A stretch of 64,000 nucleotides of DNA. Source: Hypanus sabinus (taxonomy: Eukaryota). Below the pieces are notes generated by a model that did no database searches, was not told where the DNA came from, and worked only from the letters and a program-made list of their open reading frames with translations. The DNA lies in the NCBI RefSeq assembly GCF_030144855.1, contig NC_082709.1, positions 111,786,001 through 111,850,000 on the forward strand, given 5' to 3'. The position numbers were made by a program, and so were the translations under genes. Numbering within the stretch: the first letter of the stretch is position 1; each line of letters begins with the position of its first letter. Below, in pieces: positions 52,280-64,000 of this stretch.

Positions 52280-53868
52280 CAGTTGTGGTAGAGTTTGTGA
52301 ACCCTTTAGAATTTTCAGTATTTCTGCATAAATATGACCTAAAAGGTGACCAGATCTTCACACAACTCCCAAACCTAGATAAAGGGAACACAATTAAATA
52401 ACACAAAAACCATTATACTTGTTCATTTATTTATTGAGAAAAATTATCCAGTATCACATGTACTTGTTGGAAAAAGTATGTGAACTTTTGCTTTCAGTAA
52501 CTAGTGTGACCCCTTTGTACAGACCTAACTTCAGCCAAACATTCCTGGTAACTGTTAATCAGTCCTGCATGTTGGCTTGGAGGAATTTTAGGCCATTCCA
52601 CCTTAAGAAACAGCTTCAACTCTGGGATGTTGGTGGGCTTCCTTGCATGAACTGCTTGCTTCAGGTCCTTTCACAACATTTCTGTAGGATTAAGGGCAGG
52701 ATTTGACTCAGTCATTCCAAAGAGTGAAATTTCTTCTGCTTTAACTATTCTGCCTTGTGTGTTTAGGGTTGTTGTCTTGCTGCATGACCCACTTTCTCTT
52801 GAGCTTCAGTTCATGGATGGTTGCCCTGACATTTTCCTGTAGAACTTGCTGATACAAATCTGAGTTCATAGTTCCATCAATGATGGCAAGACATCCTGGT
52901 CCTGAGGCAGCAAAACAGGCCCAAACCATGACAGTGCCATCACCATATTTCACAGATGGGAAGCAGTTCTTATGCTAGAATGCAGTGTTTGCTTTTTGCC
53001 AAATATCATACTTCTCATTTAAATCAAAAAGTTCTATTTTGGACTCATCCGTCCATAGAAAATTCTTCCAGTCGCCTTCTTGCTTATCCACGGGGTCTTT
53101 ACCAAACTTTAGATGGACAGCAATGTTCTTCACGAAGAGTGACTTTTTCCTGGCAGTCCTGCCATATACCCCATTGTCGTTCAGTGTTTGCCTGACGGTT
53201 GACTTATAAAAAGTGACATTAACCAATGCAAGAGAGGTCTGTAGCTCCTTGGATTTTACCCTAGGGTTCTTTGTGACTTCCTGGAATATTACATGCCTTG
53301 TTTTTGGAGTGATTTTTGTTGGTCAACCACTTTTGAGGAGAGTAACAATGGTGTTGAATTTCCTCAAGTTGTACATCATCTGCCTGCCTCTGAATTGGTG
53401 GAGCCCAAATTCTTTAGAAATGGTTTGTATCCTTTTCCAACCTGGGGAGCATCAACATTTTTTTTCCTGAGGTCCTTGGAAATCTCCTTTGATTGAGGCA
53501 TGGACCACTTCTAAAAACCTGCGTGGTGAAGTCAGACTTTGATAGTGAAGACCCAGGTTTGTGATCTTTAAATGGGCTTCCCACTCTCACATCAGATTGT
53601 CATCCCATTGATTGAAACACCTGACTCTAGTTTCCCCTTTAAACGAACTGATAATCCAAGAGGTGCGCATATTTTTTCCAACAAATACATGTAATATTGG
53701 ATCATTTTTCTCAAATATAAGAACAAGTGTAGTGTTTTTGTGTTATTTATTTATTTGTGTTCTGTTTATCTATTTTTAGGACTTGCATGAAGATCTGATC
53801 ACATTTCACGTCATTTATTCAGAAATAGAGAAGATTCAAAAGGGTTCACATACTTTCTGGCATCATGG
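52280..53868 (-). mobile_element. Full-length decayed Tc1 transposon inserted in a minus-strand CR1 (~51400-54305)
   Basis: ~1.6 kb with TA-flanked TIRs; MPQSKEISKDLRKK start at 53501; LWTDESKIELF, VMVWACF and QQDNNPKH motifs. Confidence 0.85.
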
Positions 53869-54604
53869 TATATCATAAACAGCGGAAGTCCCAGTACAAA
53901 CCCCTGTGGAACACCATAATCTCAGACCTCCAAGTAGAATAAGTCCCTCTGTCTTCTGTAGGCAAGCCAGGTTTGAATCAAAGTGGCCAATCCACCATGG
54001 ATCCCATGCCACCAGATCTCTTCTGCTGGATGCATCCCCATGAGGGACCTTGTCAAATAATTTATTAAATCCATGTAAACAACATCCTCAGCTCTATGTT
54101 CACTAATCACTCTCATCACCGCTTCAAATAACTCAATCAAGTTAGTAATTTACGGCTTTCCCTGAACAAAGTCATGCTGGCTCTCTCTAATTAGGCCATG
54201 GTGTTCCAAATTATCATAAATCCTATTCCTAAGAATTCTCTCCAGTAACGTCCATGCCACTCACATGAGACTCACTGATCTATAGTTTTCAGAATTATTT
54301 CTGGTACACCATGGATTCCCAGAGCTTTTTTGTTGTGTTTGTTTTTCCTGGTGGACCACATGACTTTAGAATCAGGATAACTAGGATGTTATAAATTCCC
54401 ACACTCAACCTAAGAGGAATGAACTAGATAATCCAGTGAGGAGGAGACCCATTCTATTTCTGTTTTTTTTTCCCTCCTACTAAATTGGGAACATCATAGT
54501 TAGGTGGTATGTTGTGACAAAAATGGAACAATTTGATGTTGTATTGAAAGTTGGCTATTGGCAATGTGTAAAGTTCTGATGTGTAAGCACTTAAAAAGTA
54601 TTGT

Positions 54605-55985
54605 TATAAAGAAGAGAAATTCTGCAGATGCTGGAAATCCAAGCAACACACACAAAATCCTGGAAGAACTCAACAGGCCAGCCAGCATCAATGGGAAAAG
54701 AGTACATTTGAGGTTTCAGGTCAATACCCTTCAGTAGGACTGGTGAAAAAATGATGAGTAGATTTAAAAGGTATGGGGAAGGGAGGGAGAAACACAAGGT
54801 GATAGGTGAAACCAGGAGGGGAAAAGGGAAGTAAAGAGCTGATATACAGGGTGGAGAAGGGGAATCTAATAGGAGAGGACAGAAGATCATGGAAGAAAGA
54901 AAAGGGAGCACTGAAGGGGGGGGTGATGGGCAGGTAAGGAGCTAAGGTGAGAGGGAAAAGGGGTTGGGAATGGTGGTGGTGAGGGGGGCGGGGGTTGGCA
55001 TTACTAGAAGTTTGAGAAATCAATGTTCATACGATCAGGTTGGAGGCTATGCAGACAGAGTATTAGGTGTTGTTCCTCCAACCTGAGTATGGCCTCATCA
55101 CGACAGTAGAGGAGGCCGTGGATTGGCATATGTGAATGGGAAGTGGAATTGAAATGGGTGGCCACTGGAAGATAGTGCTTCTTGTGGACGGAGCGTAGGT
55201 GCTCGGCGAAGTGGTCTCCTAATCTATGTTGGGTCTTGCAGATATGCAAGAGGCCACACCAGGAACACTGGATGTAATATATAAACCCCACAGACTCACA
55301 GGTGAAGTATTCCCTGACATGGGAGGACTGTTGGGAGCCCTGAATGGTAGTGAAGGAGGAGGTGTGGGAGCAGGTGTAGCACTTGTTCAGCTTGCAAGGA
55401 TAATTGCCAGGAGGGAGTTCAGTGGGGAGGGACAAATGACAAGGGAGTTGCGCAGAGAGTGATGCCTGCAGTAAGTAGAAAGTTGGGAGGGGGAGAGAGA
55501 AGATACGCTTGGTGTTTGGATCTATTTGGAGTTGGTGGAAGTTACGGAGAATTGTGCACTGGACGCAGAGGCTGTGGGGTGGTGGGTGAGGACAGCAACA
55601 ACCCTATCTCTGGTAGAATGGTGGGCAGATGTGCATAAAATGGAAGCGATGCAGTTGAGGGCAGTGTTTTTGGTGGAGGAAGGGAAGCCTCCTTCTTTGA
55701 AGGAGGAGGACATCTCCTTTGTTCTGGAATGAAAAGCCTCAGCCTGAGAGCAGATGTGGTGGAGACAAATGAATTGAGAGACGGAGATGACGTTTTTACA
55801 AGTGACAGTGGGAAAAGATATAGTCCAAGTAACTGTTAGAGTCCCTGGATTTATAATATTTATCAGTAGATAAGCTGTCTCCAGCGATAGAGACAGGGAG
55901 ATTGAGAAAGAGGAGGGAGGTGTCGGAAATGGACCAGGTAAATTTGGAGGCAAAGTTGATGAAGTCAATCAGGAAGCAGCACCAA
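54605..55985 (-). mobile_element. Penelope-like element (RT C-terminus and GIY-YIG)
   Basis: ORFs 55004-55435 and 55522-55968. Confidence 0.85.
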
Positions 55986-57207
55986 TTTAAAAAAGTTATG
56001 AAGTGAGGGTTCAGATTTCCAAATGCTTTCAGTTAGCAGAACAATACCACAATGAACTATCAACTTCTGACTACAAGTTATTGACCTGAAATGTTATTAA
56101 CCATATTCTCTCTCCATATATCCTGCCTGACTGACTTGCTAAGTTTCTAGCTTTCTCTCTTGTTATTTCCAGTCATATTGGTGAAGGATTTAAGAGTATG
56201 TAGAATTTTCTTTATATAATAAGGTAGTATATCTGTACACCCATTTGAGAATGCATCACCTAAAAGCAAAGTGTTAACTGCTCACATTTTGATCAGCTAT
56301 TTATCTGAGTATACTTATTTGCAAATATGTGCTGTCTGTATTACACTACTTGATAATGCCATCACTCAACATGCCTGCCAATGATCCATGCCACAATCTA
56401 TACCTTCAGTAATCTTTGTCTTTACCCTCTTCCCATTTATAGTCACTTCATGTCTCATAAATGGAGCCATGGCAATCTGACTGGCATTCTTTTATAGTCT
56501 GTTTTGCAGGGCAGTCAAGATGTGATTTTAATTTTTAAAGCTTACCTTCATCTTAAGCGGTTTAATTAGAACTGTCTGAGTGATATTCCAATATTAGAAT
56601 AATTAATCCTTGTGCAGGAAATATTGTGAGCACTGGAATGTGACAACATGCAGCCCTGCATTCAGAGGCCATGTATGTAGACCTTGCAGCATGCATTACC
56701 ATGTAATTACTAATGGGATTTCTCTGCATACGGTTCTTCCCTCACTGACAACTATAATCCAGCTGAGACATTCATCTGGACTCTCAGCAGCAATCTTTCA
56801 TTTGTTTTCTATTTCCATTGCCTACTGGACTGTTCGTATAAAACCTCTCAACTTATTCTTTTACATCTGACTTTCTTTTTTTGGTAGCATTCTGATAGAC
56901 TCACACAAAGTAGGATTGTGCTGTTCCAGTGAGAATGTGCTAAAACATGAGTGCTGGTCTGTCACGATTTGCAGTAAACAAATATAAATTCAGTGTCACG
57001 AAACTTGTTCTTTGGTAGTTTTTTAAAATTTGGACTAAACTGATGTTTAACTATTTGGGTATGATGTGAAACCATGATTATTGAAACAAGAATGCTAACA
57101 TAGATCATTCTATTCTGCTGTGTAAATGGTTCTAAACTAGTTTGATTACTTTCCTGCTAACTTGAGAGTAGCTGTTTAGTTGATTGGTCAATGGTCAGAG
57201 CCTGCTG

Positions 57208-57356
57208 CATTACTAGGGCTAGCTTGATTAAAAACCATCCCAGTTCCTGCAATATATGTAGAATTCATATCAATTTTACCTCAGGGAAAATTTATATGAA
57301 TTCTACATATGATGTAGGAACTGGGAAGGTTTTTAATTGAGTTAGCCCTAATAATG
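57208..57356. repeat. 149-bp near-perfect palindrome/hairpin (MITE-like)
   Basis: Two ~74-bp arms are reverse-complementary with ~10 mismatches and almost no loop. Confidence 0.9.
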
Positions 57357-57804
57357 TAATCAAATTGCTTTCTGGTTAAATTTTTTTTGTGGTTCAGTGA
57401 CTAGTACTACAAGGTAACATGAGTATTTAGTTCAAGGAAATTTGTTTGGGCAACTAAGTAGGAAGTACAGTGCAGATCAATTGTATTCTTGCTTTAGTCT
57501 GAAACGATTGCTTGATTGGCTGTGCACAAAGTGGAATATAACTTGCTGAATGCTGGAGATAATCTTGCAGGACCTTTAGAGTCACTAAATAAAATTCTGG
57601 GATTGTGTTTGAGCTAGTCATTCATTTGAGAATCAGTTGCCATGTCATTATGAATTGAGCTAGTAGGATTGAATAAGTTACTTAAAATCAAAATTAGGTG
57701 TATTATCACTGACATATGGCATGAAATGTGTTGTTTTGCAGTAGTAGTACAGTGTGATAAAAATACTATAGCTTATGATAAGAAATAATAAAATAAACAA
57801 TTAA

Positions 57805-58308
57805 CACAATATTCTGCAGATGCTAGAAAACACACAAAGTGCTGGAGGGAAATAAACAGTCAATATTTCAGAGCAAGTTCCTTAATCGGAGCTGGAAGGG
57901 AAAGGGGAAGAAGCCAGAAGAAGATGATGCAGGAAGCGGGAATAAGTATAATAGATGGTTTGTGGGAATGAAGCAATAAGCTACGAGTTGATAGGTGAAA
58001 GAGGTAAAGGGCTGAAGAAGAAGGAATATGATAGGAGAGGACAGTGGATCATGGAAGGAGGAGGGCATCTGATGGACAGGTAAAGAGAAGGGTTGAGAAG
58101 GGAATGGAAAGAGAGAAGGGATGAGGAGAAATTACTGAAAGTAAGAGAAATAGATGTTCCTGATTTCAAGTTGGAGGCTACATAGGTGGAATGTGAGGCG
58201 GTGCTCCTCCAGTCTGAGTGTGGTCTCATCATGGCATTAGAGAAAGCCATGGACAGATATGGGATGGGAATGGGAATTCAAATTGAAATGAGTGCACATG
58301 TGGAAATC
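57805..58308 (-). mobile_element. Penelope-like 3' fragment ending ~23 nt upstream of KPNA3 exon 3
   Basis: Collinear with the other Penelope copies up to GGAAATC. Confidence 0.7.
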
Positions 58309-58331
58309 AATTACCTTTTTGTTGTTTACAG

Positions 58332-58421
58332 AACAAAAGAGATGAACATCTACTCAAAAAAAGAAATGTACCGCAGGAAGAAAGTTTAGAAGACTCTGAT
58401 TTGGATGGAGATTTTAAAGCA
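58332..58421 (+). CDS. KPNA3: KPNA3 exon 3 ([30 protein letters not shown])
   Basis: KPNA3 peptide; AG/GTAAGT boundaries; 90 nt. Confidence 0.95.
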
Positions 58422-59213
58422 GTAAGTGGTGGTTTTGATTTTAAGTATTTAAGGTCTGTATAAATGTTATTTTTATAACTATTTTCTAAGATTTTATATA
58501 AATTAAGGTATGTTTATGGTTGGAATAGACCTGCAATTAAATATTATACAGTAAACTTTTTAAAAGTTCTTGGAAACTTTAAAATAGCAGTTTATTTGGT
58601 AGCAAGATTCCAGTTGATTAAAGCATCTGCACTTGATTAGGGTGATACATAGTGCAGGGTAATCTTCCTCAGTATAATTCAACAAGTATTTCAAAGTGAT
58701 GTATTAACAAAATATATTATTTTTCTGATTATTGTGGGAGGTAAAACACCAGCTTAGTATGTGATTCAAGCTGAATTGTAAGTTTAAGAACTAAAAATCT
58801 TGTCTTATACAAATAATTTTTATTCTGAGTTGTATGTAATGTCTATGATTGTATTTAATGCTTCCTTGTTAAATAACTGCAGGGGCAATCTTTTATAGTT
58901 AAATCACCGTGTAATTTTGACATTTACTGAAGTGGGAGATTTGAACCTATGAAATCATATCAATCACGAAGAATTGTACTGCTCTTGGATTTGATCTTTA
59001 CAAAATCTTATGTCATCCTCTTATTGTGAAAGTATAACAGTTAAGGATGACCAGGCGTGAATTTAAAGTAAACAATTCACTTATTAACTTTGCATGTGAC
59101 TAGTTTAATTCACAAATGTGGTCTGCTGGCTCTAAATCTAACCCTTGTCCTAAAAAAAATCAAAATATTTTTAAAGCATCCTTTATTTGAGGTGGTTTCA
59201 ACTTTAGCATATA

Positions 59214-61352
59214 CAGTGGATTCCGGATAATTGGGACACATCGCCAGTACATTCTGGCCCAATTAAGCAGCTGCCCCAATTAGCCAGTTTCATGGAAACA
59301 GTTAAAAGTGTATACAAAAAAAAGACAAGCTGCTGTTTAAGTGAGTAAAAAATAATGTGTACTTGCAAGAAAAGTGTACATGAACCCTTTGTGAAATCTC
59401 TGCAATTACTTGGTTTTCTGCATTATTTGCTCATAAAATGTGGTCTGATTTTCATCTAAGTCACAATAATAGACAAACACAATCTCCCTAAGCTAATAAC
59501 AGACAAACAATTGTACTTTTCTTGGCTTCTTTTGAACGTTGTTTAATCATTCACGGTCCAGGTTGGAAAAAGTACATGAATGTTTGTATGTAATAACTGG
59601 TAAAATCCCCTTTAGCAGCAATAACCCCCACCAAACATTTCCTGTAGCTGCTGATCAGACTTGCACAATGGTGAGGAGGAATTTTAGACCATTCCTCCAC
59701 ACAAAACTGTTTCTGTTCATCAATATTTCTGGGATACCTTGCATGAACAGCCCTCTTCAGATCATACCACATAATTTCATTTAGTTTAAGGTCTGGACTG
59801 TGACTTGGCCATTCCAAAACACACATTTTCTTCTTCTTAAGCCATTGTCTTGATTTACTTTAACGTTTTGGATCATTGTCTTGCTGCAGCATCCAACTTC
59901 TATTGAGCTTCAGGTGACGGACCACTACTCTGACACTCCCCTGTAAGGTGTCCTGATACAATTTTGAATTAATTGTTCACTCAACGATTGCGAGCTGTCC
60001 AGGCCCTGAGGCAGCAAAGCAGCTGCAAACCATGGTGCTCCTTCCACAATCCTTCATGGTTGGAATGAAGTTTTGGTGTTGATGTGCAGCGCCCTTTTCC
60101 CTCCAAACATAATGGTGTGTATTTCTGCCAAAAAGTTAAACTTTTGTCTCATCTGTCCACAGAACATTGTCCCAGAAGCATTGCGGAATATTTAGGTGGT
60201 CTTTTACAAAATTGAGATGGGCACAGATTTTTTTGGAGAGCAGTGGTTTTCTCCATGATCCCTTTCCATGAATACCATTCTTGTTCAGTGTTTTTCTTAT
60301 AGTGGACACATTGACAGATGAACTGAAACAGTTTCGTAGGGAGGAATGGTCTAAAATTCTTCCTCGTTGCTGTGCGAGTCTGATCAGCAGGTATAGGAAA
60401 TGTTTGGTGGAGGTTATTGCTGCTCAAGGAGTTTCTACCACTTATTAGATACAAGGGTTCACATGCGTTTTTCCAGCCTGGATTGTGAATGATTCAACAA
60501 TGTGTTCAATAAAGACACAAAAGGTGCAATTGTTTGTGTGTTATTAGTTTCAGCAGATAGTGTTTGTCTATTATTGTGACTTGGATAAAGAACAGACCAC
60601 ATTTAATGAGTAACTAATGCAGAAAACCAGGAAATTGCAAAGGGCTCAGAAACTTTTTCTTGCAACTATATTTAAATGAAATGCACAACAAATTAGAACA
60701 CTAACAATACTACTACAATACTATAAAATCGCATTTCCTAATAGTTATCAACAGAGGAATTTATCCATGTACACTGCCATGTTCTTTTGATTGACTGTAA
60801 ATGATCAAAATCAGTGTAGGTACCTAGTGCAGATAATGGATTGCTTTCATGCAGTGCTTTCGATGATTGCATCCTCCAAATCTTCATTTTCATTGTAATA
60901 TTGAATATCATGTTGATTCCTTCAAATTCTTCATAGTTTCTAACTTGTTGAAGTAGTGAAATTGTTTTATTTTCGCTCCCAGCTCTTTCTGGCATGTCCA
61001 TGCTTGAAACTGCAGTGAGCAAAACAGTTCTGAATTGTCTTGCTGCTTGTTTCTCATTGACTATCAGTGACTAAAATCACTGCTTTATGAACATAAACAC
61101 ACACAACTGATGCTATTTTAAAAACTGTTCATTTTAAATACGGTGTAGTATTTTCCAGCCACACGAGTGCACGCAAATGATGCTAGTTAGAAACTTCAGC
61201 AGCAGTCTTCTGTCCCAGTTAAGTGGCATAGTGTCCCATATAAATAAAGGAAATCCGGGCTATTTTCTCGATTAGATTTTGTTTTTTAAGCGTTGTCCCA
61301 AATAAGCAGCTGCTCTAATTAACCAATGGCCCAATTAACCAAAATTCACTAT
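59214..61352. mobile_element. Tigger-like element containing a Tc1 derivative (~59361-60669) that has a duplicated inverted right end
   Basis: TIRs CAGTGGATTCCGG..AATTGG / CCAATTAACCAAAATTCACT. Tc1 motif LEWPSHSPDL on -; the C-terminal peptide (FC.EEWSKI.P) is on both strands. Confidence 0.75.
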
Positions 61353-63062
61353 ATTTTACAATTTAAGGAAAGAGCAACATTTTGACCAAATTTATTTTAT
61401 TTGATTTTGTGACTTAGGATTTGTATTTTAAAGATGTTTGATAAATTGAAACAGATGAATTCAGCTGCAGATGATAACTGATTTTCTTTGGGGAATAAAC
61501 TAAGACAAAAAGGAAAATTTTGCTTAATTAACTGCTTTGTTTGCCTTAATTTCAGGTAACATGGTTATTTATTACATTTCTTTTTCATTCTGCATTTATT
61601 AACGGTTCAGCCTAAGAAGTGAGGAAACATTTAACACTGTTTATGCATTGCAATAAATTTGATCATGTCTCCTAGAGCAGACATACCCAACTGTAGTGAG
61701 AAAGGTACTGTAGGGAAGTATTCTGACAATGCAATAAATAAGTAGATGAAATCCATAAATTGCTCAGATTTGCCATTAGCACATAGCAGGGTTTCTCAGT
61801 GGAGCAATTAGCTCTGCATGTAGACATGATATTTCCAGAGCTGCATGACAGATGTAATTTCTAGCGCAGTGAAATTTAACTTGATCTGTGCTAATGGCAA
61901 TGACCTTATTCCAAAATATAAACTTTGTAACTCAACAATACCTTCTCTCACTTGTCTTGCCATTCTGCCACACGAAGGTGCAGTATGGGTGTTTATTTTG
62001 TCTCCCAAACATTGCTACTCAAACAGTAATTTCTTTTCCATGATTAACTACTCGACTGGGCTGGTGGAATTCATAAACAAGAGATTCTGCAAGTACTGGA
62101 AATCTTGGGAAACACACAAAAATGCTGGAGGAACTTAGTAGCATCACTACTGTAAATAATTCGTGCAAATGATATGGTTTGTGTTCTGATTAATCATTTG
62201 ATATCTAATCAGCAATTTAAATCAGTGTTAGAGTTAATATTGATATGCTAAAATTGCTAAACTCGCCCTCATATGGGGCATTTACTGAAGAAAATTGACA
62301 GTTTTTCCTCAATCTTAATAAAGACAGTTTTGAGATAAGTGCTGGTAGAATGTTCAGTAGACTTGAATAACTTAGAGCTTTTACTTTGTGCAGCGTTTCC
62401 AGGTGTTCACACAAATCAATTCATCTTTAGTTGGCTTTGAACAGTTACAGGTATAACGTGAAAAATGATAATAATGAAATCAGCTTACAAAAGAAAGTGT
62501 ATATTACAGCATCAGCATTAAGTTCATGTTATATGTCTACTGCTTTCAAACCATTTCACTACTTCACATATAGGATTTTTTAAATCAAAAGATATGTTTG
62601 ATTATTAAATTGGTCAGTAAGATTCTTATGTCCTGAAAGGTCGTAAACAATCCTATATTTGTCTTTCCAGATGTTACATGACTTATTAAGTATTTAAAAA
62701 AAATTCTGTTCTTATAAGATTTCCAACATATTCAATTTTTTGCTGTTATTCTGGTGTGTTTTTTCATGCAGGATTGACTGAAATAATTTGACTTGTTGGA
62801 TTGCTGGAGAATGATGAGGATTGTTTAATAATGTTACAAGTAGTTGGTATTTCAAGAATTATGAAACACTTTCTGCACAGTACATCAGCAGCTGGTAAAT
62901 TTGCAAGGGGAAATACTTTAAGGAATACGTATTTGGGAACATCTGACATAGCTACAATATCATAAAATGTATGTGTAAATGCTGAATTCTGACATCTGAT
63001 GCACAGGTTTAAAGCACTCTAAATAAAGTGCCATCTAATCTTGGTTTTAATTTTCTTTCTAG

Positions 63063-63092
63063 CAAAATATAACATTAGATGCCATCCTTCAG
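63063..63092 (+). CDS. KPNA3: KPNA3 exon 4 (QNITLDAILQ); the gene continues beyond the window
   Basis: 30-nt micro-exon matching QNVTLEAILQ; strong polypyrimidine-AG acceptor and GTAAGC donor. Confidence 0.92.
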
Positions 63093-64000
63093 GTAAGCAA
63101 ACTTAATTGATGTTTTTGATGAATTGTAATATAAGGAATTCTGTCATTTTACAAGGAAATTCCAACTTATTATTTCAGATTCAGAAGACTTGTATATGTT
63201 CTTATGCTAATATTGCACCATTTTTGCTTATTCTTTTAAAAGTGTAGATACAGGGTTTTCATTCCTTTAATTATTGGGTTTTTTAAAACTTTCCTTTCTT
63301 GTATTGCACATTTGCTACTCCTGCCCTAGGTTCATAAATTCAATTTATTGTCTAAGTATGCATGCAGAATACAACTCTGATATTCGTCTTCTCCAGATAG
63401 CCGTGAAATACAGAAAAAACATAGAAGTTGTTGAAATTTGAGTTGAAAGAAAAGGCATCAGCCACCCCCCACACAAAAAAGAAACAAAACTTGCAAACCC
63501 TCACTCCTCTCCCTCACACAAAAGAAGCTAACAGATTGCCCATGTGGAAAATGGCAGCTGGAACATCAGAAACCCTATACCCCCAACCCCCTCCCTCGCA
63601 GAAATGAACAGTGACAATAGCATCAAGCCCCCAATCCCCCTCTCTCACAAAACCTGACAGATCGTCCACACAGAAAAATGCCAACGAGAACATCAGACCC
63701 CAAATCCCCACATCCTCCCTCACACAAATCTATAGTGATTTCAACATGATATTCAGCCCAGTGGTCATATAATGAACAGTATAATATAGAGCATTACAAC
63801 TTTGTGAAACACAGTAACCCAGAAACGTTTTAAGGTTTCCTGTTGCTTTTTACCAAATTAAAGCTGAATCATTAGCAAAAGAAATGGTTGTTAATTTTTG
63901 ATCAGGTTGGGAGTTAACTTCTACTCTTTAAACTGCAGAATGCAACAAATGAAAATCCAGTTATTCAGCTGAGTGCTGTGCAAGCTGCAAGGTGAGTTGG

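Overview
Vertebrate genomic DNA, most likely from a cartilaginous fish (probably a ray), judged from the abundant Penelope-like/GIY-YIG elements, CR1 LINEs and HE1-like SINEs. Three host genes are present. RCBTB1 contributes its first coding exon (- strand). EBPL is complete, with 4 exons (- strand, 209 aa). KPNA3 contributes exons 1-4 (+ strand) and lies head-to-head with EBPL across a 459-bp CpG-rich promoter. KPNA3 intron 2 (~35 kb) is packed with mobile DNA. The main element there is a structurally complete but mutated 7.06-kb class III (ERV-S/ERV-L-like) endogenous retrovirus at 38161-45223 (- strand). It has paired LTRs, a 5-bp TSD, a tRNA-Ser-like PBS, gag-pro-pol, a gamma-type env and a splice donor inside the LTR. 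It appears to be inserted into an older ERV of a different pol lineage that carries a related env. The intron also holds solo LTRs, two Tc1 derivatives with two right ends in inverted orientation, Tigger/hAT/Harbinger elements and a 149-bp near-perfect hairpin. All calls were made by eye from the sequence and recalled family motifs. Boundaries of decayed repeats are approximate.
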